This document shows, piece after piece, positions 55,566-64,000 of a DNA stretch of 64,000 nt. Position 1 is the first letter of the stretch, and the number at the start of each line of letters is the position of its first letter. Origin of the DNA: Candidatus Multivoradales bacterium (GTDB lineage: Bacteria; Acidobacteriota; Thermoanaerobaculia; Multivoradales; JAHEKO01); contig CBDFIJ010000004.1 in assembly GCA_965248055.1 (NCBI GenBank), positions 512,001 to 576,000 of the forward strand, given 5' to 3'. Under the pieces are notes generated by a model that was not told the origin of the DNA, made no database searches, and saw nothing but the letters and a program-made list of their open reading frames with translations. Both the position numbers and the translations under genes were made by a program.

Positions 55566-56476
55566 GTCTTTTTCACCGCGTGTCCGCCAAATTGATTGCG
55601 CATTGCCGCCAACAACCGATGGGCGTAGGAGTCTGGATCCCGTGACGACAACCGCTCGATCAGCGCCATGGTAATCACTGGCGCTGGCGAGTCCAAATCA
55701 ATGGCCTCTTGCACTGTCCAGCGACCCTCGCCGGAGTCACTGACCCAGGGTTCCAGTCCCTCCATCTCCGGGTTCTCTGCCAGCGCCTTGGCGGTTAGAT
55801 CCAATAACCAACTACGTACCACCGACCCATCACGCCAAATTTCTGCCACCTGATGGAGATCCAGATCGAACTCCTGTTTGCGACCCAAAATGCCAAAGCC
55901 CTCAGCGTAGGCCTGCATCAATCCATACTCGATCCCGTTGTGGATCATCTTGACAAAGTGTCCCGATCCAGCCGGCCCCACATGACCCCACCCGGTCTCC
56001 GAAGACGGAGCCAGAGATTCGAGGATCGGACGAATCGTAGCCACCGCTTGCGTGGAACCACCGACCATCAAGCTATATCCCTGCTTTAAACCCCAAACGC
56101 CGCCACTGGTGCCAACGTCCAAGTATTCAAATCCCTGACTCTGCGCGGAGGCTGCCCGCTCCATGGTGTTCTTATAATTGGAGTTTCCACCGTCAATGAT
56201 GATCGCTCCAGTTGGCAACGCTCCAAACAAAGCCTCCAAGGTCAGTTCGACCGGCTTGCCGGACGGCACCATCATCCAGACCACGACGGTCTCTTCCGAT
56301 TCTGCCAACCTGGCAACCAAGGCTTGAATTGAATCGGTCGCCTCTCCGCCGGCCTGGACCAGTTCGTCTTTCGCTTCTTGCTTGAGGTCAAAACCGATGA
56401 CTTGGTGCCCGCTACCGAGCAGGCGCAGGCTCATGTTGGCCCCCATCTTTCCCAGGCCGATCATGCCGATACGCAT
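55562..56476 (-). CDS. gnd: 6-phosphogluconate dehydrogenase (short, YqeC-type)
   Basis: IGLGKMG, IDGGNS, GHFVKMIHNGIEYG, DSGEGRWT and RNQFGGH. Confidence 0.96.
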   Translation of the reverse strand: MRIGMIGLGKMGANMSLRLLGSGHQVIGFDLKQEAKDELVQAGGEATDSIQALVARLAESEETVVVWMMVPSGKPVELTLEALFGALPTGAIIIDGGNSNYKNTMERAASAQSQGFEYLDVGTSGGVWGLKQGYSLMVGGSTQAVATIRPILESLAPSSETGWGHVGPAGSGHFVKMIHNGIEYGLMQAYAEGFGILGRKQEFDLDLHQVAEIWRDGSVVRSWLLDLTAKALAENPEMEGLEPWVSDSGEGRWTVQEAIDLDSPAPVITMALIERLSSRDPDSYAHRLLAAMRNQFGGHAVKKT

Positions 56477-56518
56477 CGTGATTTTCTCCGTGTTGTTGTT
56501 CTTAACTGATTGAGGCGA

Positions 56519-58195
56519 CTATCGACGTCGTTGATCGGCCAGCCAGCGAGTTAATCGATCAACCGCGGCAACCGGATCGGAGCCGACGTGCAGCCGAAGC
56601 ACCCATTGGCGACGACCAAACAGCGCCGCAGCATCGCCAGAGGACTGAGCCTTAATCACAGTGCCAAAATCTAGCTCAGAGTCCGGAATCTCCACCGACA
56701 GCGAGGCGTCGTCAATCAACTGCAAGAATAGGCCTTTGTTCGGCCCACCTTTATGAAGTTGGCCGGTGGAGTGAAGGAATCGAGGGCCGTAGCCAAAGGT
56801 GGTCGCCAATCGAGTTGACTGGCTGAGTTCAGCTCGCAAGGAGCGCACCGCAGCATCAAGCGGGTCGCTGGCCGGCAAGTAGGCGTGAATCCCGAAATAG
56901 CCACCGCGTACGGCCCCCTTGAGCCAAGCGACCACCGGGGCACTAAAGTCGTCTTGCTCGAAATCCGCAGCAACCGTCCAAAGTCCGTCCTTATCCTTTT
57001 GCTCCGCTGTGGCACCAGACATTCTTTGGCGCGCCAGTTCTTTAGCCGCTTCAACATCGGGCTGATTGAACGGATGGACGCCGAGAATCGAGCCAGCGGC
57101 CGCAACCGCCACCTCCCAGCGGACAATCTCATAGCCGAGGTCGGTGACCTCGGGAAGACACAAACGAACCACCGGGTGGACTGCCTCCAATTCGCGCAAC
57201 GATTCCTCTAGGGCACCGTTGTGCTCACTCTCCAATTCGAGACTGACAAACAAGCGGTCGGCGTCGTAGCCCTTGGCCGAAGCCAGGGGTTCTCCCGCTA
57301 CCGGCACGATGCCTCTACCTCGTTTTCCCAAGCTCTCTGCAATCAACTGCTCCAACCAAGCCGGAAATGCTCGCATCCCCCTTCCGGTCAGCAGCGTCAG
57401 TTTGTCGACTCCAGCCGCCGCCAGATCGCCCAGGATCACCCCGAGACGAATCAGCTCGATACGCTCTTCCACCGATCCGTCCAACAGTTCGCGGGCCCCT
57501 CGAGCACTTTCCATGACTGCGCGGATATCCACCCCAAACAGAGCCGCCGGAACCAGCCCAAAGGTGGTCAAAGCGCTATAGCGTCCACCGACCTCCGGAT
57601 TCGATTCCCATACCCGGCGAAATCGACCCTCTCCAGCCCCCTCGCTGAGCTCAGAGCCAGGGTCGGTGATGGCAATCATCTGGGCTTCCGGTTGTCGACC
57701 GAGACCGGCCAACCAGTCGCGAAAGAAACGATACAAAGAAAGCGTTTCCAGAGTGCGGCCGGACTTACTGGCGACGACAAAAAAAGTGCTCACCGGATCC
57801 CATCGTTGGGCCGCGGCATCGACCGCTGAGGGATGGGTCGAATCCAAAACCTCGAGTGAAACGCCGGCACTCCCCGGCAGCGTTGTGGCAAACATCTCAG
57901 GGGCCAAGCTCGATCCACCCATTCCCAAAACTGCGATATGGCGGTAGCCATCCGCACGAATCTGCTCGCCAAAACGTTCGATCGCACTGATCTCGGTTTC
58001 TGGGCGCAACGGAGCATCCAACCAACCCAGGCGATCCACCAGCTCCGCTGGACTGCCGGTAGACCAGAGAGTTGGATCCTTGCCCACCAACCTTGCCGCG
58101 ACATCGTCGTGACGCCACTGGCGCAGTCGCCGAGCGACCAAGTCTTCAAATCCCTGCAGATGGGAGGTCAGAGTTGGGGCCGGACTTGGACGCAT
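56519..58195 (-). CDS. pgi: Glucose-6-phosphate isomerase (Tal/Pgi-fusion type)
   Basis: GMGGSSL, SKSG.TLET, ITDPGS, GGRYS, EQLIAESLGK, PFNQPDVE and GPRFLHSTGQLHKGG. Confidence 0.9.
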   Translation of the reverse strand: MRPSPAPTLTSHLQGFEDLVARRLRQWRHDDVAARLVGKDPTLWSTGSPAELVDRLGWLDAPLRPETEISAIERFGEQIRADGYRHIAVLGMGGSSLAPEMFATTLPGSAGVSLEVLDSTHPSAVDAAAQRWDPVSTFFVVASKSGRTLETLSLYRFFRDWLAGLGRQPEAQMIAITDPGSELSEGAGEGRFRRVWESNPEVGGRYSALTTFGLVPAALFGVDIRAVMESARGARELLDGSVEERIELIRLGVILGDLAAAGVDKLTLLTGRGMRAFPAWLEQLIAESLGKRGRGIVPVAGEPLASAKGYDADRLFVSLELESEHNGALEESLRELEAVHPVVRLCLPEVTDLGYEIVRWEVAVAAAGSILGVHPFNQPDVEAAKELARQRMSGATAEQKDKDGLWTVAADFEQDDFSAPVVAWLKGAVRGGYFGIHAYLPASDPLDAAVRSLRAELSQSTRLATTFGYGPRFLHSTGQLHKGGPNKGLFLQLIDDASLSVEIPDSELDFGTVIKAQSSGDAAALFGRRQWVLRLHVGSDPVAAVDRLTRWLADQRRR

Positions 58196-59347
58196 CTAGT
58201 TGCCCATTATCGAACTGGGATCCGCCTGATCCTCGATCAGCACCTTGCGTTGATGCTCAAGAGCATCCAGCAAACTGTCGAACGGTTTGACAAATTTTTC
58301 AACGCCCTCACGCTGTAGGTCGGCAGTAATTTGCGCCAGATCAATACCGAGCGCGCTCAACTGCTCAAGAACTTCGGCCGCAGCATCGACGCCCTCATCA
58401 ACCGTGCGCCGCACCAACCCGTGATCGCGAAAAGCGTCCAGAGTCTTGGGCGGAATCGTATTTACCGTTTCCGGGCCGATCAAATCTTCAACATAGAGGA
58501 CATCCCGATAACTCGGATTCTTGGTACTGGTACTGGCCCACAGCGGACGCTGTGGGCGAACCCCAAGATTGTGGAGCACAGAAAACTCATCACCGTGGAA
58601 AAGTTGCTCGAAGCGACGATAGGCCAACTTGCTGTTGGCAATCGCTACTTGGCCGCGCAACGCCAGCGCCTCCGAGGTGGCGATTTGTTCCAAGGCAGCA
58701 TCAACCTTGCTATCGACGCGGCTGACAAAAAAAGAAGCTACTGAGGCGACCTGACTTGGATTCGCCGCTCGACGGACGCCACTTAAGTAAGCCTGGGCCA
58801 CCGCCTCATAGTCAGCCAGCGAGAACATCAAAGTGACGTTGATGTGCACCCCATCGGCGATCAGTTGTTCGACCGCCACCACTCCAGCGGAGGTCGCCGG
58901 CACTTTGATCATCACATTGGGGCGGTCTACCCGCTGTCGCAAGTGATGCGCTCGGTCGATGGTGGTCTGGGTGTCGTCGGCAAGCCGCGGCGAGACTTCT
59001 AAACTGACAAACCCATCAGCTCCTTCGGTGGCGACGTAGACGCCCCACAAGGCGTCAGCGGCCAATCGAATATCGGTGACCGCCAACTCTTCGTACAGCT
59101 CTTCGATCGGCGCCCCGGGGTGGCTACGCTCATACTCTCGGATCGAGTCGTCGTACAGGTCACTACCCGCAATCGCCTTTTCAAAAATGGCCGGATTACT
59201 GGTCACCCCGGTCACTCCGTCTTTTTCAACTAGGCGGGCCAGTTCGCCGCTGGTCAACATATCCCTGCGGATGTAGTCCAACCATACCGCCTGTCCTTGG
59301 GCGGTTAGTGCCTTGAGTGGATTCTCTGTTCCTGCATTGTCGACCAC
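58196..59347 (-). CDS. tal: Transaldolase
   Basis: WLD, GVTSNPAIF, VSLEVSP, MIKVP, INVTLMFS, VASFFVSRVD and LWASTSTK. Confidence 0.96.
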   Translation of the reverse strand: MVDNAGTENPLKALTAQGQAVWLDYIRRDMLTSGELARLVEKDGVTGVTSNPAIFEKAIAGSDLYDDSIREYERSHPGAPIEELYEELAVTDIRLAADALWGVYVATEGADGFVSLEVSPRLADDTQTTIDRAHHLRQRVDRPNVMIKVPATSAGVVAVEQLIADGVHINVTLMFSLADYEAVAQAYLSGVRRAANPSQVASVASFFVSRVDSKVDAALEQIATSEALALRGQVAIANSKLAYRRFEQLFHGDEFSVLHNLGVRPQRPLWASTSTKNPSYRDVLYVEDLIGPETVNTIPPKTLDAFRDHGLVRRTVDEGVDAAAEVLEQLSALGIDLAQITADLQREGVEKFVKPFDSLLDALEHQRKVLIEDQADPSSIMGN

Positions 59348-59588
59348 GGGGTTTCTCCTCTTATCGCCGATCTCTAGGTCTTCCGTTCACCGGCTGATTC
59401 TACCCTCGCCACGAGACCGTCTGCTTCTTTCCCACCTGGGCCTCGTCGAGCAACAACCGTCACCCAAACACTGGTTAAGCGTGCTCGTCGCCGAATCTTT
59501 GTTATAGACTGTTTGGAGCGGCCCAAGGAGAGGGCTGGACGAAAGACAATACCCAGGCGAACAACCCGACAAAAGGGGAGGAATTGGA

Positions 59589-59954
59589 ATGTTCAAAAAT
59601 AAGACACTATGGTTACTTCTGTTAGTAGCGGCGGTCCTAGTACTGCCGACCGCTTGCTCGCGCGAGGCCGCTCACGACGCAGTGGACGCCACTGCAGAAG
59701 CTGGCGAAGCCGTCGCTGAAGGCGCCGGAGATGCTGTTGAGGCCACCGGTGAAGCCGTCGTTGATGCAGGCGAGGCCGTGGTCGATGCGGCTGGTGACGC
59801 CGTCGAGGCGACAGGTGATGCAATCGAAGAAGTCGCTGAAGACACCGCCTACGTTGCTGGCGAAGCTGTTGAGGCGGCTGGCGACGCAGCCGAAGCAGTT
59901 GGCGACGCTGTGGACGAGGTTACCGACAACGAAGGTGACGGCGCACTCCATTAG
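59589..59954 (+). CDS. Small acidic Ala-rich repeat lipoprotein
   Basis: Signal peptide with lipobox LPTAC; GEAV/GDAV repeats; own terminator. Confidence 0.75.
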   Translation: MFKNKTLWLLLLVAAVLVLPTACSREAAHDAVDATAEAGEAVAEGAGDAVEATGEAVVDAGEAVVDAAGDAVEATGDAIEEVAEDTAYVAGEAVEAAGDAAEAVGDAVDEVTDNEGDGALH

Positions 59955-59976
59955 AGCATCGCTCAAACTGGAAACG

Positions 59977-60007
59977 AAAAGGGAGCCCACTGGGCTCCCT
60001 TTTTTTT
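59977..60007 (+). terminator. Intrinsic terminator (probably bidirectional)
   Basis: AAAAGGGAGCCC-ACT-GGGCTCCCTTTTTTTT. Confidence 0.88.
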
Positions 60008-60045
60008 GCGATAACAGCCCGATTACAAGCATGACTAAGCACAAA

Positions 60046-60080
60046 TGTCATTCCCGCGGGGGGCTGCGCGGGGGCGGGAG
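60046..60080 (+). repeat. REP-like palindrome of the GTCATTCCCGC family
   Basis: TGTCATTCCCGCGG...GGCGGGAG in a convergent gap. Confidence 0.5.
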
Positions 60081-60121
60081 CCTGTTGGCAGCTCGGACAC
60101 CCTCCTAATCGCGATTACGGA

Positions 60122-60895
60122 CTAAGCCAAATCAACGATCACCGGTGCGTGATCGGAAGCGGTCAATCCTGCCTGCTTCTTACGGTAGTCGCGGTCGATC
60201 CACACTTCTTCGAGCTCATCCACCAACGGAGCGGTACCGAACATCAAATCAATACGCAGGCCGTGGTTGCGATGGAAGGCGCCGGCCCGATAGTCCCACC
60301 AAGAAAACGACTGTTTATCCGGATAGCGATGACGATACAGATCAACCCAACCGTCGCTCGTCAGCCTGGCAATGCGTTCCCGCTCAGCCTCGGTGTGAAA
60401 GATCCTGCCAGCCAACTTCTCTTCATCCCAAGAATCCAAAGGCGATGAACAAATATTGAGGTCACCACCGACCATCGAACGCTCGCCAGGAGCCACGATC
60501 TCGTTCAGGTGAGCAGACAAGTGATCGAACCACACCAGCTTGCGCTGATAGTCCTCGTGCTCGATGCTTTTGCCATTCGGGCAATAGGCGGTTCCTACGA
60601 GAAGGTCACCCAAGCGACCGCAGATCCAACGGGCACCAAGATCTTCTTCACCCGGCAGTCCCGCTTGGACTAACTCCATCGGTTCCCGGCTCAACAACGC
60701 GACACCATTCCACGCTTTCTGACCGTGAACCAACGCCTGATAACCTAATTCCTCCAACTCCGCGAAGGGAAAATTCTTCTCTACGCTCTTCAATTCTTGA
60801 AGACCCACCACATCTGGCTGGCGATCGGCCAGCCACAGCTTGAGGAAGTCCAGTCGAGCCTTCAGTCCGTTGATGTTCCAAGTAGCGATGCGCAT
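60122..60895 (-). CDS. xth: Exodeoxyribonuclease III
   Basis: ATWNING, LQELK, YCPNG, GDLN, SWWDYR, GLRID and SDHAP. Confidence 0.96.
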   Translation of the reverse strand: MRIATWNINGLKARLDFLKLWLADRQPDVVGLQELKSVEKNFPFAELEELGYQALVHGQKAWNGVALLSREPMELVQAGLPGEEDLGARWICGRLGDLLVGTAYCPNGKSIEHEDYQRKLVWFDHLSAHLNEIVAPGERSMVGGDLNICSSPLDSWDEEKLAGRIFHTEAERERIARLTSDGWVDLYRHRYPDKQSFSWWDYRAGAFHRNHGLRIDLMFGTAPLVDELEEVWIDRDYRKKQAGLTASDHAPVIVDLA

Positions 60896-61002
60896 CGAAG
60901 CAGTCTCTCAAACAAAACCGATCGGGTCACCTAACCCGTCTGTCGCGCACCAAGATACAAGCCACATCAGCCGAGTCCCCAAGGGAGCAGCTCAACTGTC
61001 AG

Positions 61003-64000
61003 CTAGATTTCCGTCCAGTTCTTATCGATGATGCAGATAGGAATCGGAATTTCTCCTACCTTGGTCAGCAAGTCATTGTTGAGAGCTAGGCCAAAACGAC
61101 GGAAACTGTAGCGGCAACTATCAGGAAACAGCTTCTTCATTTGATCAAGCGCCAAACGACAATCTGGGTCGTCTTCGCACGCCACCTGACCCTGAGTTTG
61201 ATTCGGATCAGTGCTCCCTGAACTGGCGTCGGTCGGGTCAAAGAGATTTTGCGTTCCAGCACGTTCCAAGGCCGGGGTTACAACAAAGCCCGCAAAATCG
61301 ATTCCACGAGTTCTCACTCCTGAGTTGAACAGCAAGCCGTCACCGTTTCGGGTGTTGACCGCAAAAACTCGGCTAGTCCCGGTACGCGAGCAAGTTGGAG
61401 GTGCACCTCCACCGCCTGGGTTACCACCGCTAACCACCACATCCGGCTGAAACATTGTGAACACGGTAATGCCAGCGATCTGAAATGGAGTATTGATCAA
61501 ACGGTCATCGGCCTTAGTGCTGAGATACCAGCCCTGGCTAAGACTGGCCTCGGTCAAAGTGTCCCCAGCCAGGATCGTGGCATCGTCGAACACCGGAGTC
61601 AGATCATCCTCGCTGTAGCGAGAAACAAAATCTCCGACCGCAATATCGTCACGAAAGACATAAAACTTTCCGGGCTGCTGATCGGAGGAAAATAGATCTT
61701 CGCGATCACCGGTTCCAAAGGCAACGGCGGTCTGCCCTAGGTCCGAGAGAAACCCTGCCGCCGGGCGAAAGAATATCTGCCTGGACCCTACCGGCGCAGT
61801 ACCCGCCGGGGCCGCTCTGAACACTTCATGGGGCGCATAGAGCGGGTCGATGATCCGATCCACCAGATGCACGGTCCCATCCAAATCCATCGCTGGCTGG
61901 TTGGTCGCCAATACCGGAATTTCACCGGCTGCACCGACTAGGTCGGCGCGCAAAATATAACCGCCGAGAGTGCCAACGTAGATCCGATCGACATAGCCGT
62001 CCGCATTGGTATCGACTACTGCCGTTTCGGCAGGAGCAGATCCAGCGGTTGGACAACCAAAACTCACCGTGCCGGCGATGCACAACGGCTGCTTGTAGAT
62101 CGTTGTGCCAGTCTCGACATCGATCATGTAGAGAAAACTGCCGGCATTGCCCAAACTGTTAAAGCCACCCCCCACGATCGCGACGTTGCGATCCTCAATA
62201 TCATTGGGATCCGTCGCTGGGTCGCACTCGGTCCCAGTACAAACTTGAATCAGCCCCATTACCGGAGCCGACCAAGTGGAGGCAAGGTCCGCTACACCGT
62301 TGGCATCTTCATCAAAGGGAACCATGCGATCTGGATTCGCAACCAGGGCCCCGTCTGAGAACTCCCACAGCGGAGTTCCGTAAGGAATCGGGCCACACTC
62401 TGAGGACAGCGTGCCGCCGATGCCCATACATGAAGGTACGTATCCACTCGATACTGGCTCTGGATTCCCGTCTGCATCGTAGGTGTCGGGCTGGGTGATG
62501 TCCAACGCATAGTAACTGCGTCCGCCCCTTCGCAATCCGCCAACCGCCACGGTCCTCCACTGCCGGTCATTCTCCTCAGGGAACACACTACCGTCGGCCA
62601 ACGGATCGATAAACACATCGGCAACGTTGGGTGGCCCATCCACTGACCACTGTCGCGGCCCTCCAGAATTCTGCGAATAGAGAATTGGCATCGTCGCCCG
62701 CGGTGCGAACGCGACAATCTCTCGGCCGGTGCCATCGTCATAGCGATCCTTAAAAGGATCAACACCTCTACGAATGCCAGCGTCCGCAATGTGTACCAAT
62801 CCGTCATTGGCGCCGAATATCATCATCTTGCGACGGTTCTGATGTTTAAGAAAAAAACACCGATATCCCGGGTTGTCGTGATCACAAGCGGCACCGTCAT
62901 CTTTCAAGTTGTCACGGAAGAACTTGACGTTCTCCGGTTGGTCAATCACCAGAGGACTTGCGTGAAAAATGTCACCCAGCAAATAGTCGAAGTCATCCGA
63001 GGTGTCGAGCGGGGTGCCGGCATCTGTAGTCTTCGGTGTATAGAAGCTCGTGAGTGCAGTATTCGCATTGTTTTCGTGGATCACTTCATCCGCCGCTAAC
63101 AGGCTTTCGTCTAAAGTCGTCGAAGAAATAAGCCCCAGGCCACGCCATAGATCGTAACGAGTACTCGGTGAATCGGCGGGCGAGGTCGGGGCCAAGAACC
63201 TACGCAAGGTGTCCCCTTCTCCGGTAGGGCCAACGCGGCGGTAGTACACCCGCCGCTGCCGATCACCAGTCCCAAACTGTGAACCGATCGCCGCCGCCTG
63301 ATTCACCAACTCTTCGCCGACTTCCCAAAGGTGACAGTTTGCCCGAGATGCTACGGTGGGGTCTGAGTTGCAATTGGCGTCTGTATCAGGGGTGCCGTTT
63401 TGCCGTAACGGTACGGGCTTCAAAAATGCGTCCATCCTTCCGGGCCAAATCCCCGAAGCACCGGCCACCGGCTGAAAACTGGAGGAAAACACCTTGTCGT
63501 TGTCGTCGGCCTGCACCGCCGGCACCGCTGCCGCGGAAAACTGCCGGACATCTTCCAGGATAATCCCAGCGATCGCCTGCAACTCATTCTTGAGTTCCTG
63601 ACGATTGGCAGCGGTGATGTATTTACCACCGGTGTTTTGCGCCAAGGGGCGCAGGTCACTGGCCTCGGGGCCTCCAAAGTTGATCACCCAGGACTGAATG
63701 CGGTTGCGCCGCAAGTTAGCGGTATCGGCTGAGGGGCTCTCGCCACCGCAGTTGTTTTCGCCATCGCCAATGATGATCTGGTACACCTGGCGGCAACCCC
63801 ACTCACTATCAAATTGCGCTGCTAGGTCGTCGTAACCATCGCCAAACGGCTGCTCCTGTTGTCTGCACTTGTTGCCACCGATGTTCTGGCCAAGGTAGTA
63901 GCAACGCCAGTCAGCCAGAGCCTTGCCGATCGGACTGGCACCATAAGGCACCATCGGAGTGAGTGCAGGGTTACGCAGTCGAAGATAGCCGTCGGCTGCA
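61003..64000 (-). CDS. pilY1: PilY1/PilC-like pilus tip adhesin (vWA + beta-propeller), 5' end outside the window
   Basis: vWA elements (IIIGDGE; LAQNTGG), LGDIFHASP, GANDGLVH, VDGPP.VAD, GLRRGG..YYALDIT and a DTNADG Ca-binding loop. Confidence 0.85.
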   Translation of the reverse strand, partial: AADGYLRLRNPALTPMVPYGASPIGKALADWRCYYLGQNIGGNKCRQQEQPFGDGYDDLAAQFDSEWGCRQVYQIIIGDGENNCGGESPSADTANLRRNRIQSWVINFGGPEASDLRPLAQNTGGKYITAANRQELKNELQAIAGIILEDVRQFSAAAVPAVQADDNDKVFSSSFQPVAGASGIWPGRMDAFLKPVPLRQNGTPDTDANCNSDPTVASRANCHLWEVGEELVNQAAAIGSQFGTGDRQRRVYYRRVGPTGEGDTLRRFLAPTSPADSPSTRYDLWRGLGLISSTTLDESLLAADEVIHENNANTALTSFYTPKTTDAGTPLDTSDDFDYLLGDIFHASPLVIDQPENVKFFRDNLKDDGAACDHDNPGYRCFFLKHQNRRKMMIFGANDGLVHIADAGIRRGVDPFKDRYDDGTGREIVAFAPRATMPILYSQNSGGPRQWSVDGPPNVADVFIDPLADGSVFPEENDRQWRTVAVGGLRRGGRSYYALDITQPDTYDADGNPEPVSSGYVPSCMGIGGTLSSECGPIPYGTPLWEFSDGALVANPDRMVPFDEDANGVADLASTWSAPVMGLIQVCTGTECDPATDPNDIEDRNVAIVGGGFNSLGNAGSFLYMIDVETGTTIYKQPLCIAGTVSFGCPTAGSAPAETAVVDTNADGYVDRIYVGTLGGYILRADLVGAAGEIPVLATNQPAMDLDGTVHLVDRIIDPLYAPHEVFRAAPAGTAPVGSRQIFFRPAAGFLSDLGQTAVAFGTGDREDLFSSDQQPGKFYVFRDDIAVGDFVSRYSEDDLTPVFDDATILAGDTLTEASLSQGWYLSTKADDRLINTPFQIAGITVFTMFQPDVVVSGGNPGGGGAPPTCSRTGTSRVFAVNTRNGDGLLFNSGVRTRGIDFAGFVVTPALERAGTQNLFDPTDASSGSTDPNQTQGQVACEDDPDCRLALDQMKKLFPDSCRYSFRRFGLALNNDLLTKVGEIPIPICIIDKNWTEI

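Overview
Bacterial chromosomal window, moderately GC-rich and Gram-negative (TonB-dependent receptor, beta-barrel proteins, MltF). An Acidobacteriota-like origin is my impression only and is not verified. Left to right: (1) a divergent cluster with a 25-CxxCH cytochrome containing 210-bp tandem tri-heme modules, a beta-barrel protein, a His-rich cytochrome-b-like membrane protein and a 23-CxxCH cytochrome, i.e. a candidate trans-envelope electron conduit; (2) an intact IS256 with an 8-bp target duplication that cuts off the C-terminus of a DUF547 gene, a ubiA/mqnP-like prenyltransferase, an integrase relic, a TA pair with a frameshifted toxin and an FG-GAP/ASPIC protein; (3) purA, then a translationally coupled class I HMG-CoA reductase / ABC1 kinase / acyltransferase operon converging on phaR-phasin-patatin, a candidate undescribed storage-lipid system; (4) ferredoxin, mltF, a nested IS3/IS256/IS5 scar and psd-pssA; (5) a type I R-M island with frameshifted hsdM, a duplicated hsdM tail and decayed cargo genes; (6) housekeeping genes (ybdK-like ligase, alkaline phosphatase, DUF3014, mscS, beta-CASP nuclease, NhaP-type antiporter, AKR, TBDR, tal-pgi-gnd-zwf-pgl, xth, partial pilY1). 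Non-coding structure includes a 266-bp MITE with IS5-like ends, CGTC-type REP-like palindromes in convergent gaps, PhaR-like operators and four 15-bp-period arrays sharing a GYACTG-like core. I recognised no tRNA, rRNA or CRISPR array. All family assignments come from motif recognition by eye, not from database searches.
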